Shown: in pieces, positions 10,488-20,114 of the stretch
How positions within the stretch are numbered: position 1 is the first letter of the stretch
Layout: every line of letters begins with the position of its first letter
From: Acidobacteriota bacterium
GTDB lineage: Bacteria > Acidobacteriota > UBA890 > WLXD01
Assembly: GCA_965205505.1 (NCBI GenBank)
Contig: CBDBHB010000009.1
Location: 2,752,001-2,816,000 of the forward strand
DNA length: 64,000 nucleotides
Reading direction: 5' to 3'
Notes under the pieces: model-generated
Database searches by the model: none
What the model saw: the letters and a program-made list of their open reading frames with translations, nothing else
Told to the model about the DNA's origin: nothing
Made by a program: the position numbers and the translations under genes

Positions 10488-10638
10488 CAGGCCGTGGTGA
10501 AAGTGTGGTGGGTCTGGCGACAGGGTCTTGCGAAGTGGAGGCAAGGAGAGAGAGGAGAAGGCGATGGTTACGCCATCGTTGACGAGGAACGACGCAGCAT
10601 ACGCGCGCAACCCCCTGTCGCCCGATCACCACGGCCTG
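10488..10638. mobile_element. MITE (151 bp) with 13-bp TIRs and CTAG flanks
   Basis: CTAG(10484-87)-CAGGCCGTGGTGA...TCACCACGGCCTG-CTAG(10639-42); the left end recurs at 63451. Confidence 0.75.
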
Positions 10639-10648
10639 CTAGCACTGG

Positions 10649-11257
10649 ATGACGGGCGTAGTGGCTGACAACGGCGGACAACATGCGTCCGGGCAGCGTG
10701 CGGGGGGAAGCGGTGCGCCGAGCGCAGCTCGGCTGATCGAGCGGCTGGTGGCTTTGGGTACTACCCACGTCGTCGGTATTCCGGACAACGACACCGCGCA
10801 GGTTTTCGAGCGCCTGTGCGGTCACCCGACGATCCGGCTGCTGAGCGTCACGCGAGAGGGCGAGGCGTTCGCCATTGCTGCGGGGCTATGGATCGGCGGC
10901 CAACAGTCGGTGGTGATCATCCAAAACACCGGGTTGCTCGAGAGCGGCGATAGCCTGCGCGGCACCGCCGGGCGCATGGGGGTTCCATTGCTCTGCCTGG
11001 TGGGCTATCGGGGCTACGCGAAGATGCTCGCCGCCAAGCTGGCAACGCTTCCCCGACCGTACGATGCAGCGACGCTGACGCGCGCCGACGTCGACTCGGT
11101 GGCCCTCCTGACCGAGCCTACGTTGGCCGCCTGGGGCGTGCCGTTCTGGCGGCATGACTCGGACATCGACACCGATAAGGTGGTGCCACACGCTTTCGAG
11201 ACGGCTGCGCAGCAGTCTCAACCCACCGTTGTGCTGCTGACGCGCGGGTTCACGTGA
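10649..11257 (+). CDS. TPP-dependent decarboxylase alpha subunit (sulfopyruvate/phosphonopyruvate decarboxylase-like)
   Basis: HVVGIPDN, VTREGEAFAIAAGLWIGG, IQNTGLLES. Confidence 0.8.
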   Translation: MTGVVADNGGQHASGQRAGGSGAPSAARLIERLVALGTTHVVGIPDNDTAQVFERLCGHPTIRLLSVTREGEAFAIAAGLWIGGQQSVVIIQNTGLLESGDSLRGTAGRMGVPLLCLVGYRGYAKMLAAKLATLPRPYDAATLTRADVDSVALLTEPTLAAWGVPFWRHDSDIDTDKVVPHAFETAAQQSQPTVVLLTRGFT

Positions 11258-11847
11258 TGCTCACGAAGGACGAGCTGCTCGCCCCGCTCGCACGGCTGCG
11301 CGAGGATCGGATCGTGGTGACGACGATGTCCGTGGTGCGCCCATGGGCACGCCATTCGCAGAGCGAGCTCGATTTTGCGTCGGCAGATAGCGCCATGGGG
11401 CACGCGGCAGACCTGGCGCTGGGTTTGGCGCTGGCGCAGCCGAAGCGCGGTGTGGTCTGCCTCAACGGCGACGGCAGCATGCTGATGAGCTTGGGTACGC
11501 TGGCGACGATCGTCGACTCCGGCGCCACCAACTTGACCCTTCTGATCGTCGACAACGGTACCTATGAGATCACCGGTAGTCAGCCGCTGCCGGCACAGGG
11601 GAGGATTGACTTCGGTGCCCTGGCGCGTGCCGTCGGTTTCCGCAGGACGTACGCCTTCGAGGACGCCGACGAGTACGAGCAGCAGTTGCCGGAGGTGCTG
11701 GCCGGCGTGGGGCCAGTGCTGGTCTCCGTTCGCGTCGAGCCGGGCACCGAGGGGCCGCTGGCGCGGAGGCCATCAGCATCGTCGCACTACCTGCGCACGT
11801 CGCTACGCGAATCGGCCCGGCGACTGCGCGAGATCCTGAGTGGCTAG
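11254..11847 (+). CDS. TPP-dependent decarboxylase beta subunit
   Basis: SAMGHA...GLALA; TPP motif GDGSMLMSLG...DNGTYEITG; coupled to the alpha gene. Confidence 0.85.
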   Translation: MMLTKDELLAPLARLREDRIVVTTMSVVRPWARHSQSELDFASADSAMGHAADLALGLALAQPKRGVVCLNGDGSMLMSLGTLATIVDSGATNLTLLIVDNGTYEITGSQPLPAQGRIDFGALARAVGFRRTYAFEDADEYEQQLPEVLAGVGPVLVSVRVEPGTEGPLARRPSASSHYLRTSLRESARRLREILSG

Positions 11848-11996
11848 GAAGTGTGGTGGGTCTGGCGACAGGGTCAGCGTACCGCGGTCAGGGTGCGGTT
11901 TACGCTAGAGTTGGACGCGCAGCGTCGCTCTCGCCTCGAACTGTACGGAAATCGCGTGCTCCCTACCGCTTCGATTGCTGGCAAGACCCACTACTC
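11848..11996. mobile_element. Degenerate MITE related to the 10488 element
   Basis: After CTAG (11844-47), AAGTGTGGTGGGTCTGGCGACAGGGTC is identical to 10501-10527; imperfect inverted end GCAAGACCCACTAC at ~11981-11994. Confidence 0.55.
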
Positions 11997-12011
11997 GGGG
12001 ACTTCCGCGTC

Positions 12012-13925
12012 ATGAGACGGTTCGGCGGAGCGCTCGCTATGCTGATCGCTGTCGGCGCAGCGAGCATGCTCGGCGCGACCGGTGCGGTCGACCGGCAAGA
12101 ACCTGGCGGGGATGCGTTTCGAGTCGAGTTTGGCGGAGGATCTGAGACGGCGCGCTCCGAATTCGAGCGTGACGTCTACGCCTTCGAGGTTCTCGACGCG
12201 GATGGCAGCCCCTACGCGCACCCCTTCCTAGGCGGCCTCAACCTGCCACGGCCGCAACTTGCCGATATTGACGGCGACGGCGATCTCGATCTGTTCGTGC
12301 AGGAGTACACCGGTGCTGTGATGTTCTTCGAACAGACGGGCACGCCCACGGAACCCCGCTACGTATGGCGTACGGATGCCTACCAGGGCGTCGATATCGG
12401 CGAGTGGTACCTGTTCGTCGACCTCGACGAGGATGGTGATCTCGATCTTCTAGGTGAGGAGCGGTTTAGCCTTGTGCGTATGTACCGCAATGAAGGCGAC
12501 CGCACGGCCCCGCGCTTCGAGTTGCTGGCGGAGCGCCTCATGGACGACAAGGGCGAACCGGTTTTTGCCGACCGCCAGAACATACCAAAGGTTGCGGATC
12601 TGGACTGTGACGGCCGGCTCGATCTCATGGTGGGCCGGGTCGAGGGTACGATCTCTCGCAACGAGATGGTCGGTCTGGACGAGCGCGGCGCACCGATATT
12701 TCGTCACCTGGAGGATCGTTTCCAGGGCATCGAGATCATCGGTCAGGTGTTGGGCGGCCCCACGTCGCGAGCGTCTGGCGCCGGATCTCGGGGAACACTT
12801 CACGGCGCCAATACGATGGCCTTCGTGGACTTCGACGGCGACGGTGACCTGGACCTGTTCTGGGGCGATTTCTTCGAGCCCGGCCTCTTGCTGATCGAGA
12901 ATCGGGGCTCCTGTCGAACACCGTCGTTGCGCTCGAACCCCACGCCGTTTCCGCCCAACGACCCGGTGAAGACGAGTGGCTACAATGCCCCTGCCTTCGG
13001 CGATCTCGATGGTGATGGTGATATCGATCTGCTGGTGGGCGTGTTGGGCGGAGCGTTCAATCCCAACAACACGACGATCGATAACTTGCTGCATCTGGAT
13101 CGTACCGGCACACGACGCCTGGAGCTTCAGACGCGCCGCTTTCTCACTCAAGTCGACGTCGGCAGCGAGAGCTTTCCGGCGTTCGCCGACATCGACAGCG
13201 ACGGCGATCTGGATCTTTTCCTGGGCAACAAGATCGAACCCGGCGACACGCGGGCCGGCCGCCTGTTCTTCTTCGAGAACATCGGTACCACGACGCAGCC
13301 ACGCCTGCAGTTTCGCGGGCCCATCGAATCGTTTGCCGGCGTCTACCACTATGCCCCGGCATTCGGTGACCTGGACGGCGACGGCGATCTCGACATTCTG
13401 ATGGGTAGTTGGGGCGACGAGCTACAGCTGGTGCGCAACGAGGGGAGCGCCGCTCGTCCTGATTGGGCGGTTGCCGATCCACAGATCGTCACGCTCACGC
13501 GAGGGCGCAACGCGGTCCCCGCTCTCGGGGATATCGACGCCGATGGTGACCTGGATCTGTTCGTCGGAGAGTCTTCGGGCGAGTTGAACTTCTACCGCAA
13601 CGTCGGATCGGCGACGGCGCCACGCTACGAGCTGGTCGACGACAAGTTCGAGGGAATCGACGTGGGGCGGCGCAGCGCCCCGACGCTTACCGATCTCGAC
13701 GGTGACGGAGATCTCGATCTGGTGGTTGGCTCCGAAGCCGAGGGACTTGTCCTGTTCCGTAACGTCGGTACACCTCAGGCGCCGCAGTTCGAGGCTGATG
13801 GGGCCTTCGGTCCTGCGGGACATCCGTTCGCCACGCCGGTTTTCGCCGATCTCGACGAGGATGGCACACTCGACCTGTTCGTCGGCGGTGTCGGCGGTGG
13901 TATCGAGGCGTACCGGAGGCAATAG
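12012..13925 (+). CDS. Secreted FG-GAP/VCBS repeat protein
   Basis: About ten P.F.D.DGDGDLDL..G repeats; N-terminal signal peptide from ATG 12012. Confidence 0.9.
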   Translation: MRRFGGALAMLIAVGAASMLGATGAVDRQEPGGDAFRVEFGGGSETARSEFERDVYAFEVLDADGSPYAHPFLGGLNLPRPQLADIDGDGDLDLFVQEYTGAVMFFEQTGTPTEPRYVWRTDAYQGVDIGEWYLFVDLDEDGDLDLLGEERFSLVRMYRNEGDRTAPRFELLAERLMDDKGEPVFADRQNIPKVADLDCDGRLDLMVGRVEGTISRNEMVGLDERGAPIFRHLEDRFQGIEIIGQVLGGPTSRASGAGSRGTLHGANTMAFVDFDGDGDLDLFWGDFFEPGLLLIENRGSCRTPSLRSNPTPFPPNDPVKTSGYNAPAFGDLDGDGDIDLLVGVLGGAFNPNNTTIDNLLHLDRTGTRRLELQTRRFLTQVDVGSESFPAFADIDSDGDLDLFLGNKIEPGDTRAGRLFFFENIGTTTQPRLQFRGPIESFAGVYHYAPAFGDLDGDGDLDILMGSWGDELQLVRNEGSAARPDWAVADPQIVTLTRGRNAVPALGDIDADGDLDLFVGESSGELNFYRNVGSATAPRYELVDDKFEGIDVGRRSAPTLTDLDGDGDLDLVVGSEAEGLVLFRNVGTPQAPQFEADGAFGPAGHPFATPVFADLDEDGTLDLFVGGVGGGIEAYRRQ

Positions 13926-13970
13926 CGCCGACCGGAATCTGCATGCGGTGACGCCGTAGGGGGCGGTCCA

Positions 13971-15110
13971 ATGGCCCTCTATCCCCGTGGAGCGACAGTG
14001 CGCGGTATTCAGGTGTTTCTGGTCGTCTGTGTGGCAGTGCTCGGCATGGTGAGCCTCACCGCGGCTCCGCAGGCGCCCTCATACGCTCGGGAGTCGGTCG
14101 CGGTGGGGGTGGATGCCGCCAAAGCGATCGTTCGCAGCTTGAGCTTCAAGCGCCTCAAGCGCAACGTGCGCACCCTGGCCGGGTTTCAGACCCGGTACTG
14201 GAGCACGGAGGGTAACGAGCGCGCCCGCGACTGGCTCCACGCCGAGCTCAAGGGGTACGGCTATGCGGTGGAGCGGCACCGGTTCATAGCCGCCGGCCGC
14301 AACGGCAACGAGACTCCGAAGGAGATCGACAGCGTTTACGCTACGAAGGTCGGCACCGTAAGGGCTGGCCAGATGTATATCGCCTCGGCCCATATGGACA
14401 GCACCAACTTCGACAGTGGCGACCGGTCGTTTGCCCCAGGTGCGAACGACGATGCGTCGGGAACCGCTCTCGTGCTCGAGCTAGCGCGGGTGTTCTCACA
14501 CCCCGACGTAGTAACCGACGTCTCCATCCGCTTCACCTTCTGGAATGCCGAGGAGATTGGCCTGGTGGGCTCCCGGGCATACGTCGAAGATCGGCTGGCG
14601 CTGCAGGGCGTGGAGTCGCCGCCCGGATCTAGCGCGTTTCCGGAGCCCGAATGGTTGGGGGTGATCCAGCACGACATGATGCTCTACGACCATGGCATGC
14701 CGGTCGCTGCCACCGGGTTGCCGGCCGACCGGCAGATCCCGTCTGCCGACGTCGACATCGAGTACGACGCCGACTTGCCGTTTGGCGGTGGCGCCTTGAG
14801 GCTCGCGGCCGCGTGGCTAAGCGCCAATGCGACGTACGCGACGACCCGTTACCCAGCCGAGGTAGGGCAGTTCATGCAGAGCACCGACTCGGTTTCTTTC
14901 TCGCCCGATGTCGCTTCGATCAGCGTTCGCGAGAACGAGCGGCGTGACGTGATAGGGCGCGGTAGCGATCCGCATTGGCACAGAAGTAGCGACACGTTCG
15001 ATACGTATCGTAACGAGGACTTCCGCCTCGGCTTCACGGCGCTACAGATGAGCGCCGGCGCTCTTTCGGAGCTTGTGGTAGCGCGGCTACTCGAAGGTGC
15101 CTTGCCGTAG
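13971..15110 (+). CDS. M28 family aminopeptidase, secreted
   Basis: SAHMDS, GANDDASG, NAEEIGLVGS, HDMM, HWH. Confidence 0.88.
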   Translation: MALYPRGATVRGIQVFLVVCVAVLGMVSLTAAPQAPSYARESVAVGVDAAKAIVRSLSFKRLKRNVRTLAGFQTRYWSTEGNERARDWLHAELKGYGYAVERHRFIAAGRNGNETPKEIDSVYATKVGTVRAGQMYIASAHMDSTNFDSGDRSFAPGANDDASGTALVLELARVFSHPDVVTDVSIRFTFWNAEEIGLVGSRAYVEDRLALQGVESPPGSSAFPEPEWLGVIQHDMMLYDHGMPVAATGLPADRQIPSADVDIEYDADLPFGGGALRLAAAWLSANATYATTRYPAEVGQFMQSTDSVSFSPDVASISVRENERRDVIGRGSDPHWHRSSDTFDTYRNEDFRLGFTALQMSAGALSELVVARLLEGALP

Positions 15111-16274
15111 GAGGGCTCCGTGCTGCATGAACAACTCGCCGCCGGCGACCACAGCTTGCACGTCGAGCTCCGAATCAATCAGCAGCAGGTCGGCGTCCGC
15201 ACCAACGGTCAAGCTACCCTTTCCAGGGAGGCGGAGAATTGCGGCCGGGTTCGCGGTCACGGCGGCGAGCGCTTGCGATAACTCGAGCCCCTCGTTGCGG
15301 ACGGCGTCGACGATCTCACGCCAGATCTCGCCCGGCTTGCCGCTGGTCAGGCCCACGAGCTCGCCGTGAGCATCGAACTCGGGGAGCGAGCCACACGCGT
15401 CGGAGCTCATCGTGATGTGGGCGTTCGGTACGCCGGCCTCCAGCAGCTCACGGAGGGCACGTGAGGGCTTGACGTCGTCTGCCCCGAGACCACGCCAGCC
15501 GCACGCGGTGATATCGACCGGCGCCTCGATGCCGTACTGCTTGGTCTGGTCGAAGCAATGCGGGTTACGGTTTATGTGCGTCGGGTAGAATTGCGCAAAG
15601 CCAAGCTCGGAGCTTCGTACTGCCTCCTGAACAACGCTGAACGGATCCTCGGCATCGCCGAGGTGCAAGTGCACGAGGCCACACTTGCCGCCCAGCATGC
15701 CACCTCGGCGCGCCTCCTTGGCGAGACGGACCAGATCAAGGGCAGTCGGGTTGGAAGAGCGGTGGTCGGCGATAGCGATCTCGCCTACGCCGATAACCTC
15801 CTCGATAATCGCTATGTCGCGTGCCACGTCTCCAGTGAGGGTGGGTGGCGGCAGTTGGTACGAGCCGGTCCACATCCAGGCCGACACCCCCTCGGCGCGC
15901 AACCCCTTGGCCTTCATCAGCAAGCTGTCGAGGCTGCGCGTCACACCGTCTGTGCCCAGCAGCCCCACAACGGTGGTAATCCCGGCCTGGATCATCCAGG
16001 AAAGCGGCATCTCGGGTGTTCGTGTCGCTGGCCCGCCCTCCCCGCCGGCGCCGGCGATGTGGATATGCCCGTCGATCAGCCCCGGGACGACCTTCTGGCC
16101 GCCGGCGTCGATCACTTGCACGTCGACACCGCCAGGCGGCTCCAGATCGTTGCTCAGGCCGACGATCCTGCCGCCAGCGCACAGCACGTCGCGGACACCG
16201 AGCGGCTCCGGCGCGTATACGTCGCCGCGACGAATCAGAAGGGGCGTAGGGCCGATACGCCGCGCACAAGGCAC
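15087..16274 (-). CDS. iadA: Isoaspartyl dipeptidase (beta-aspartyl peptidase)
   Basis: PGLIDGHIHIAGAGGEGGPATRTPE, GITTVVGLLGTDG, GEIAIADHRSS, PTHINRN, SSDACGSLP. Confidence 0.92.
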   Translation of the reverse strand: MPCARRIGPTPLLIRRGDVYAPEPLGVRDVLCAGGRIVGLSNDLEPPGGVDVQVIDAGGQKVVPGLIDGHIHIAGAGGEGGPATRTPEMPLSWMIQAGITTVVGLLGTDGVTRSLDSLLMKAKGLRAEGVSAWMWTGSYQLPPPTLTGDVARDIAIIEEVIGVGEIAIADHRSSNPTALDLVRLAKEARRGGMLGGKCGLVHLHLGDAEDPFSVVQEAVRSSELGFAQFYPTHINRNPHCFDQTKQYGIEAPVDITACGWRGLGADDVKPSRALRELLEAGVPNAHITMSSDACGSLPEFDAHGELVGLTSGKPGEIWREIVDAVRNEGLELSQALAAVTANPAAILRLPGKGSLTVGADADLLLIDSELDVQAVVAGGELFMQHGALLRQGTFE

Positions 16275-16283
16275 AGAATCACC

Positions 16284-19200
16284 TCAGTCCGGGTCGTATC
16301 CGAGGTTCGGTCGGAGGCAGCGTTCCGACTCCTGCGGTGTCAGCCCCTTGCGCGCCGCATAATCCTCTACCTGATCCGCGCCGATCTTCCCGAGCGCGAA
16401 GTAGCGCGCCCGGGGATGGTTGAGATAGATACCCGAAACGGACGCAGCGGGGGTCATGGCGCAGGTTTCCGTAAGGACGATTCCGGTTCCCGCCTCGACA
16501 TCGAGGAGTCGCCACAGAGTGCGTTTCTCCGTGTGGTCCGGCTGCGCCGGATAACCGGGCGCCGGGCGGGTGCCGCGATAGCGTTCGGCGATGAGGTCTT
16601 CGGTCGAAAGTGCCGCCTCGTCGATGCCGCACGCGGCGCGCGCGCGCGCATGCAGCCGTTCTGCGAGCGCCTCGGCAAGCCGGTCGGCAAGCGCCTTCAC
16701 CATGATGGCGTTGTAGTCGTCGTACTGCGCCTCGTATTCCGCCACGATCGGTCCGATTCCCTCGCCTGCCGTCACGGCGAAGGCGCCGACATAGTCGGGG
16801 ATGCCGGTCTCCGACGGCGCAATGAAGTCGCTGATCGATAGATAACCAGCGTCGTCGCTCTTGCGCCGCTGCTGTCGCAGCCCGTGCAGCACGGCGCGCA
16901 CCTGAGTACGAGTCTCGTCGGTGAACAACACAATGTCATCGCCGTCGGCATTGGCGGGGAAGAAGGCGCTCACCGCGTGGGCACGAAGCCGATTGTCCTT
17001 GATGATCTCGTCGAGCAGCGTGCGCGCGTTGTCGAATAGCTCCCGCGCTGCCTCGCCCACCTCGGGATGGTCGAGGATACGCGGGAACACGCCCTTGAGC
17101 TCCCAGGTATGGAAAAACGGAGTCCAGTCGATGAACTCCGCAATCTCCGACAACGGGATATCGCGTAGGATCTGGCGCTCGAGGCTGATCGGCTTCGCGA
17201 CGTCCGCGATCCTCCACTCGAACGCCAGCGCTCGTTGGCGCGCGTGACCCAGCGTCACCAGGTTGCTGACGGTGCCGCTGGCGAAGTCGGCGCGTACTCT
17301 CTCTTGCTCGCGTTGCAGCTGCTCGATGAGCCCCGGACGCCTCTCGTCGCTCGTAAGACCACCGACGACGCCCACCGCTCGGGAAGCGTCCTTCACGTGA
17401 ACGGTTGCGCCGGCGTAGCGTGGCGCGATCTTCACCGCCGTGTGTTTGGTCGAAGTGGTAGCGCCGCCGATCAAGAGCGGGATTTCTAGCCCGGTTCGCT
17501 CCATCTCCGACGCCACGTGCACCATTTCATCGAGCGACGGCGTGATCAGGCCCGACAGCCCGATCATGTCGGCATCGTGCTCGCGCGCCGTAGCAAGAAT
17601 CTTCTCGGCCGGAACCATCACGCCGAGATCGACAATCTGGTAGTTGTTGCACCCCAGCACCACACCGACGATGTTCTTGCCGATGTCGTGCACATCCCCC
17701 TTCACGGTAGCCGTGACGACTGTTCCAGCCATCCGGCGGCGCCCCTCGTCGCCGTCGTCCTCCATGAACGGCTCAAGATAGGCGACGGCGCGCTTCATCA
17801 CGCGGGCGCTCTTGACCACCTGAGGCAGGAACATCTTTCCGACGCCGAACAGGTCGCCGACGACGTTCATGCCGTCCATCAGCGGGCCCTCGATCACGTG
17901 CAATGGCCGGTCGTACTGCTGGCGCGCCTCCTCTACGTCGTCCTCGATGTGATCGACGATTCCCTTGACGAGGGCATGTCGCAGCCGTTCCTCTACCGGC
18001 TCGAGCCTCCATGCCTCCTCGGCTGTCTCATCCACAGTCGTTCCGAGATGCTTCTCGGCCGCTTCAACGAGGCGATCGGTGGCGTCCTTCCGACGGCAGA
18101 ACAGAACGTCCTCGAGCAGCTCCAAGAGCTCTGCATCGATGTCGTCGTACACGTCGAGCTGGCCGGCGTTGACGATCCCCATATCGAGGCCCGCCTGGAT
18201 AGCGTGGTAGAGGAACGCGCTGTTCATGGCGCGGCGCACCGGCTCGTTGCCACGGAACGAGAAGCTGAGATTCGAGATGCCTCCCGACACCTTGGCCAAA
18301 GGCCAGCGCTCCTTGAGCGCCCGGGTCGCCTCGATGAAGTTGATCGCGTACGCGTCGTGCTCCTCCATGCCGGTGGCGACGGTCAGGATGTTCGGATCGA
18401 AGATGATGTCCTGCTCTGGAAAGCCGACTTCGTCGACCAGGATGCGTCCGGCGCGCGATAGCACCTCGATTCGATCATCGATTCCGGTGGCCTGCCCAGT
18501 CTCGTCAAACGCCATGACCACGGCGGCGGCTCCGTGGCGGCGCACGCCGATTGCCTTGTCACGGAACGCCTCTTCGCCATCCTTGAGCGAGATCGAGTTG
18601 ACTACGCACTTTCCCTGAACGCAGCCGAGGCCCGCCTCGATGACCTCGAAGCTCGACGAATCGATCATGATCGGCAGCTTCGCTATATCGGGCTCGGCCA
18701 TGATCAGGTTCAGGAAAGTCTTCATTGCCGCGACCGAATCGAGCAGCCCCTCGTCCATGTTGACGTCGACGATGTTGGCCCCACCGGCAACCTGATGGCG
18801 GGCAACCTCGAGCGCGGTCTCATAGTCGCCCGATTTGATCAATCGGCGGAATCGCGCCGAGCCTGTAATGTTGGTGCGCTCCCCGACGACCACGAAGTTA
18901 GTGTCGGGAAAGATCGTCAGTGCCTCCAGCCCCGAGTAGCGCGAGTAGGGCGGCGGATCGCTCGGCACGTGCGGCGGCACGCCGGCGATGGCCTCGCTGA
19001 TGACACGGATATGCTCGGGCGTAGTGCCGCAGCAACCGCCGACCAGGTTCAGCCATCCGGCGCGCGCGAACTCGCCGAGTACCTCGCCCATCTGTTCCGG
19101 AGTCTCGTCGTAGCCGCCGAACTCGTTAGGTAGGCCGGCGTTCGGATAGCAACAGATATGGCAATTGGCGATCGCTGCCAGCTCCTCGACATAAGGTCGC

Positions 19201-19958
19201 ATGGCCGCCGGGCCCAACGCGCAGTTGATCCCCACCACATCCATATTTGCATGAGCTACGGAATTCCAGAACGCCGCTACCGTCTGCCCCGACAGCGTCC
19301 TGCCGGAGGCGTCGGTGATGGTCACTGAAACGACCAGCGGCACGCGCTGTTGGCGCTCATCCAATAGCTCCTGGATGGCGTACAGCGCCGCCTTGGCGTT
19401 GAGCGTGTCGAAGATTGTCTCGACCAGCAGAAGGTCGGCGCCGCCGTCGAGCAACCCCTCGGCTTGCTCCCGGTACGCACGGCGGAAGTCCTCGAAGCTT
19501 GCTGCTCTGAAGCCGGGATCGTCAACGTCGGGCGAAAGCGAGGCAGTGCGGTTGGTAGGGCCCATCGATCCGATTACGAAGCGTGGCTTGGACGGGTCGC
19601 GCTGCGTCCAATCGTCGGCGGCCGAGCGTGCCAACCGCGCCGCGGCCGAGTTGATCTCGTAAACGTGCTCCTCGAGTCTGTAATCGGACATCGAGATCGA
19701 GGTGGCGTTGAAGGTGTTGGTGGAAATGACGTCGGCGCCAGCGGCGAGAAAACCATGATGAATCTCGGTAACGACGGCGGGCCTGGTCAGACAGAGCAGG
19801 TCGTTGGCGCCGCGTAGCTCTCGAGAGTGGTCAGCGAAGCGCTCGCCGCGATAGTCGGCCTCGGTGAGGCCATACGACTGGATCATCGTCCCGGTGGCAC
19901 CGTCGAGCAGCAGAATACGCTGGCTGAAGAGCTCGCGCAGGCCCTGCGAGGTGAGCAT
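16284..19958 (-). CDS. metH: B12-dependent methionine synthase
   Basis: [41 protein letters not shown]...SGLITPSL...[18 protein letters not shown]. Confidence 0.98.
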   Translation of the reverse strand: MLTSQGLRELFSQRILLLDGATGTMIQSYGLTEADYRGERFADHSRELRGANDLLCLTRPAVVTEIHHGFLAAGADVISTNTFNATSISMSDYRLEEHVYEINSAAARLARSAADDWTQRDPSKPRFVIGSMGPTNRTASLSPDVDDPGFRAASFEDFRRAYREQAEGLLDGGADLLLVETIFDTLNAKAALYAIQELLDERQQRVPLVVSVTITDASGRTLSGQTVAAFWNSVAHANMDVVGINCALGPAAMRPYVEELAAIANCHICCYPNAGLPNEFGGYDETPEQMGEVLGEFARAGWLNLVGGCCGTTPEHIRVISEAIAGVPPHVPSDPPPYSRYSGLEALTIFPDTNFVVVGERTNITGSARFRRLIKSGDYETALEVARHQVAGGANIVDVNMDEGLLDSVAAMKTFLNLIMAEPDIAKLPIMIDSSSFEVIEAGLGCVQGKCVVNSISLKDGEEAFRDKAIGVRRHGAAAVVMAFDETGQATGIDDRIEVLSRAGRILVDEVGFPEQDIIFDPNILTVATGMEEHDAYAINFIEATRALKERWPLAKVSGGISNLSFSFRGNEPVRRAMNSAFLYHAIQAGLDMGIVNAGQLDVYDDIDAELLELLEDVLFCRRKDATDRLVEAAEKHLGTTVDETAEEAWRLEPVEERLRHALVKGIVDHIEDDVEEARQQYDRPLHVIEGPLMDGMNVVGDLFGVGKMFLPQVVKSARVMKRAVAYLEPFMEDDGDEGRRRMAGTVVTATVKGDVHDIGKNIVGVVLGCNNYQIVDLGVMVPAEKILATAREHDADMIGLSGLITPSLDEMVHVASEMERTGLEIPLLIGGATTSTKHTAVKIAPRYAGATVHVKDASRAVGVVGGLTSDERRPGLIEQLQREQERVRADFASGTVSNLVTLGHARQRALAFEWRIADVAKPISLERQILRDIPLSEIAEFIDWTPFFHTWELKGVFPRILDHPEVGEAARELFDNARTLLDEIIKDNRLRAHAVSAFFPANADGDDIVLFTDETRTQVRAVLHGLRQQRRKSDDAGYLSISDFIAPSETGIPDYVGAFAVTAGEGIGPIVAEYEAQYDDYNAIMVKALADRLAEALAERLHARARAACGIDEAALSTEDLIAERYRGTRPAPGYPAQPDHTEKRTLWRLLDVEAGTGIVLTETCAMTPAASVSGIYLNHPRARYFALGKIGADQVEDYAARKGLTPQESERCLRPNLGYDPD

Positions 19959-20114
19959 CAGAGACGTCCGGGTCGGCGGAGGAAGAGAGCGCCACGGCTG
20001 CGCTCCGACGGCGCAGCGCTGCCGCGAGTGTAGCATTGGGTTGGCGGCCCAAACGGCCGCCCTACGCTCCCTCAGACGCACCTTGGGAAGAGAGCTAGCG
20101 TTACTCGACTAGGC

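Noticed and set aside
19959-20114. SAM/SAH/cobalamin riboswitch upstream of metH
   Set aside because: Two GC hairpins are present but no recognisable aptamer consensus
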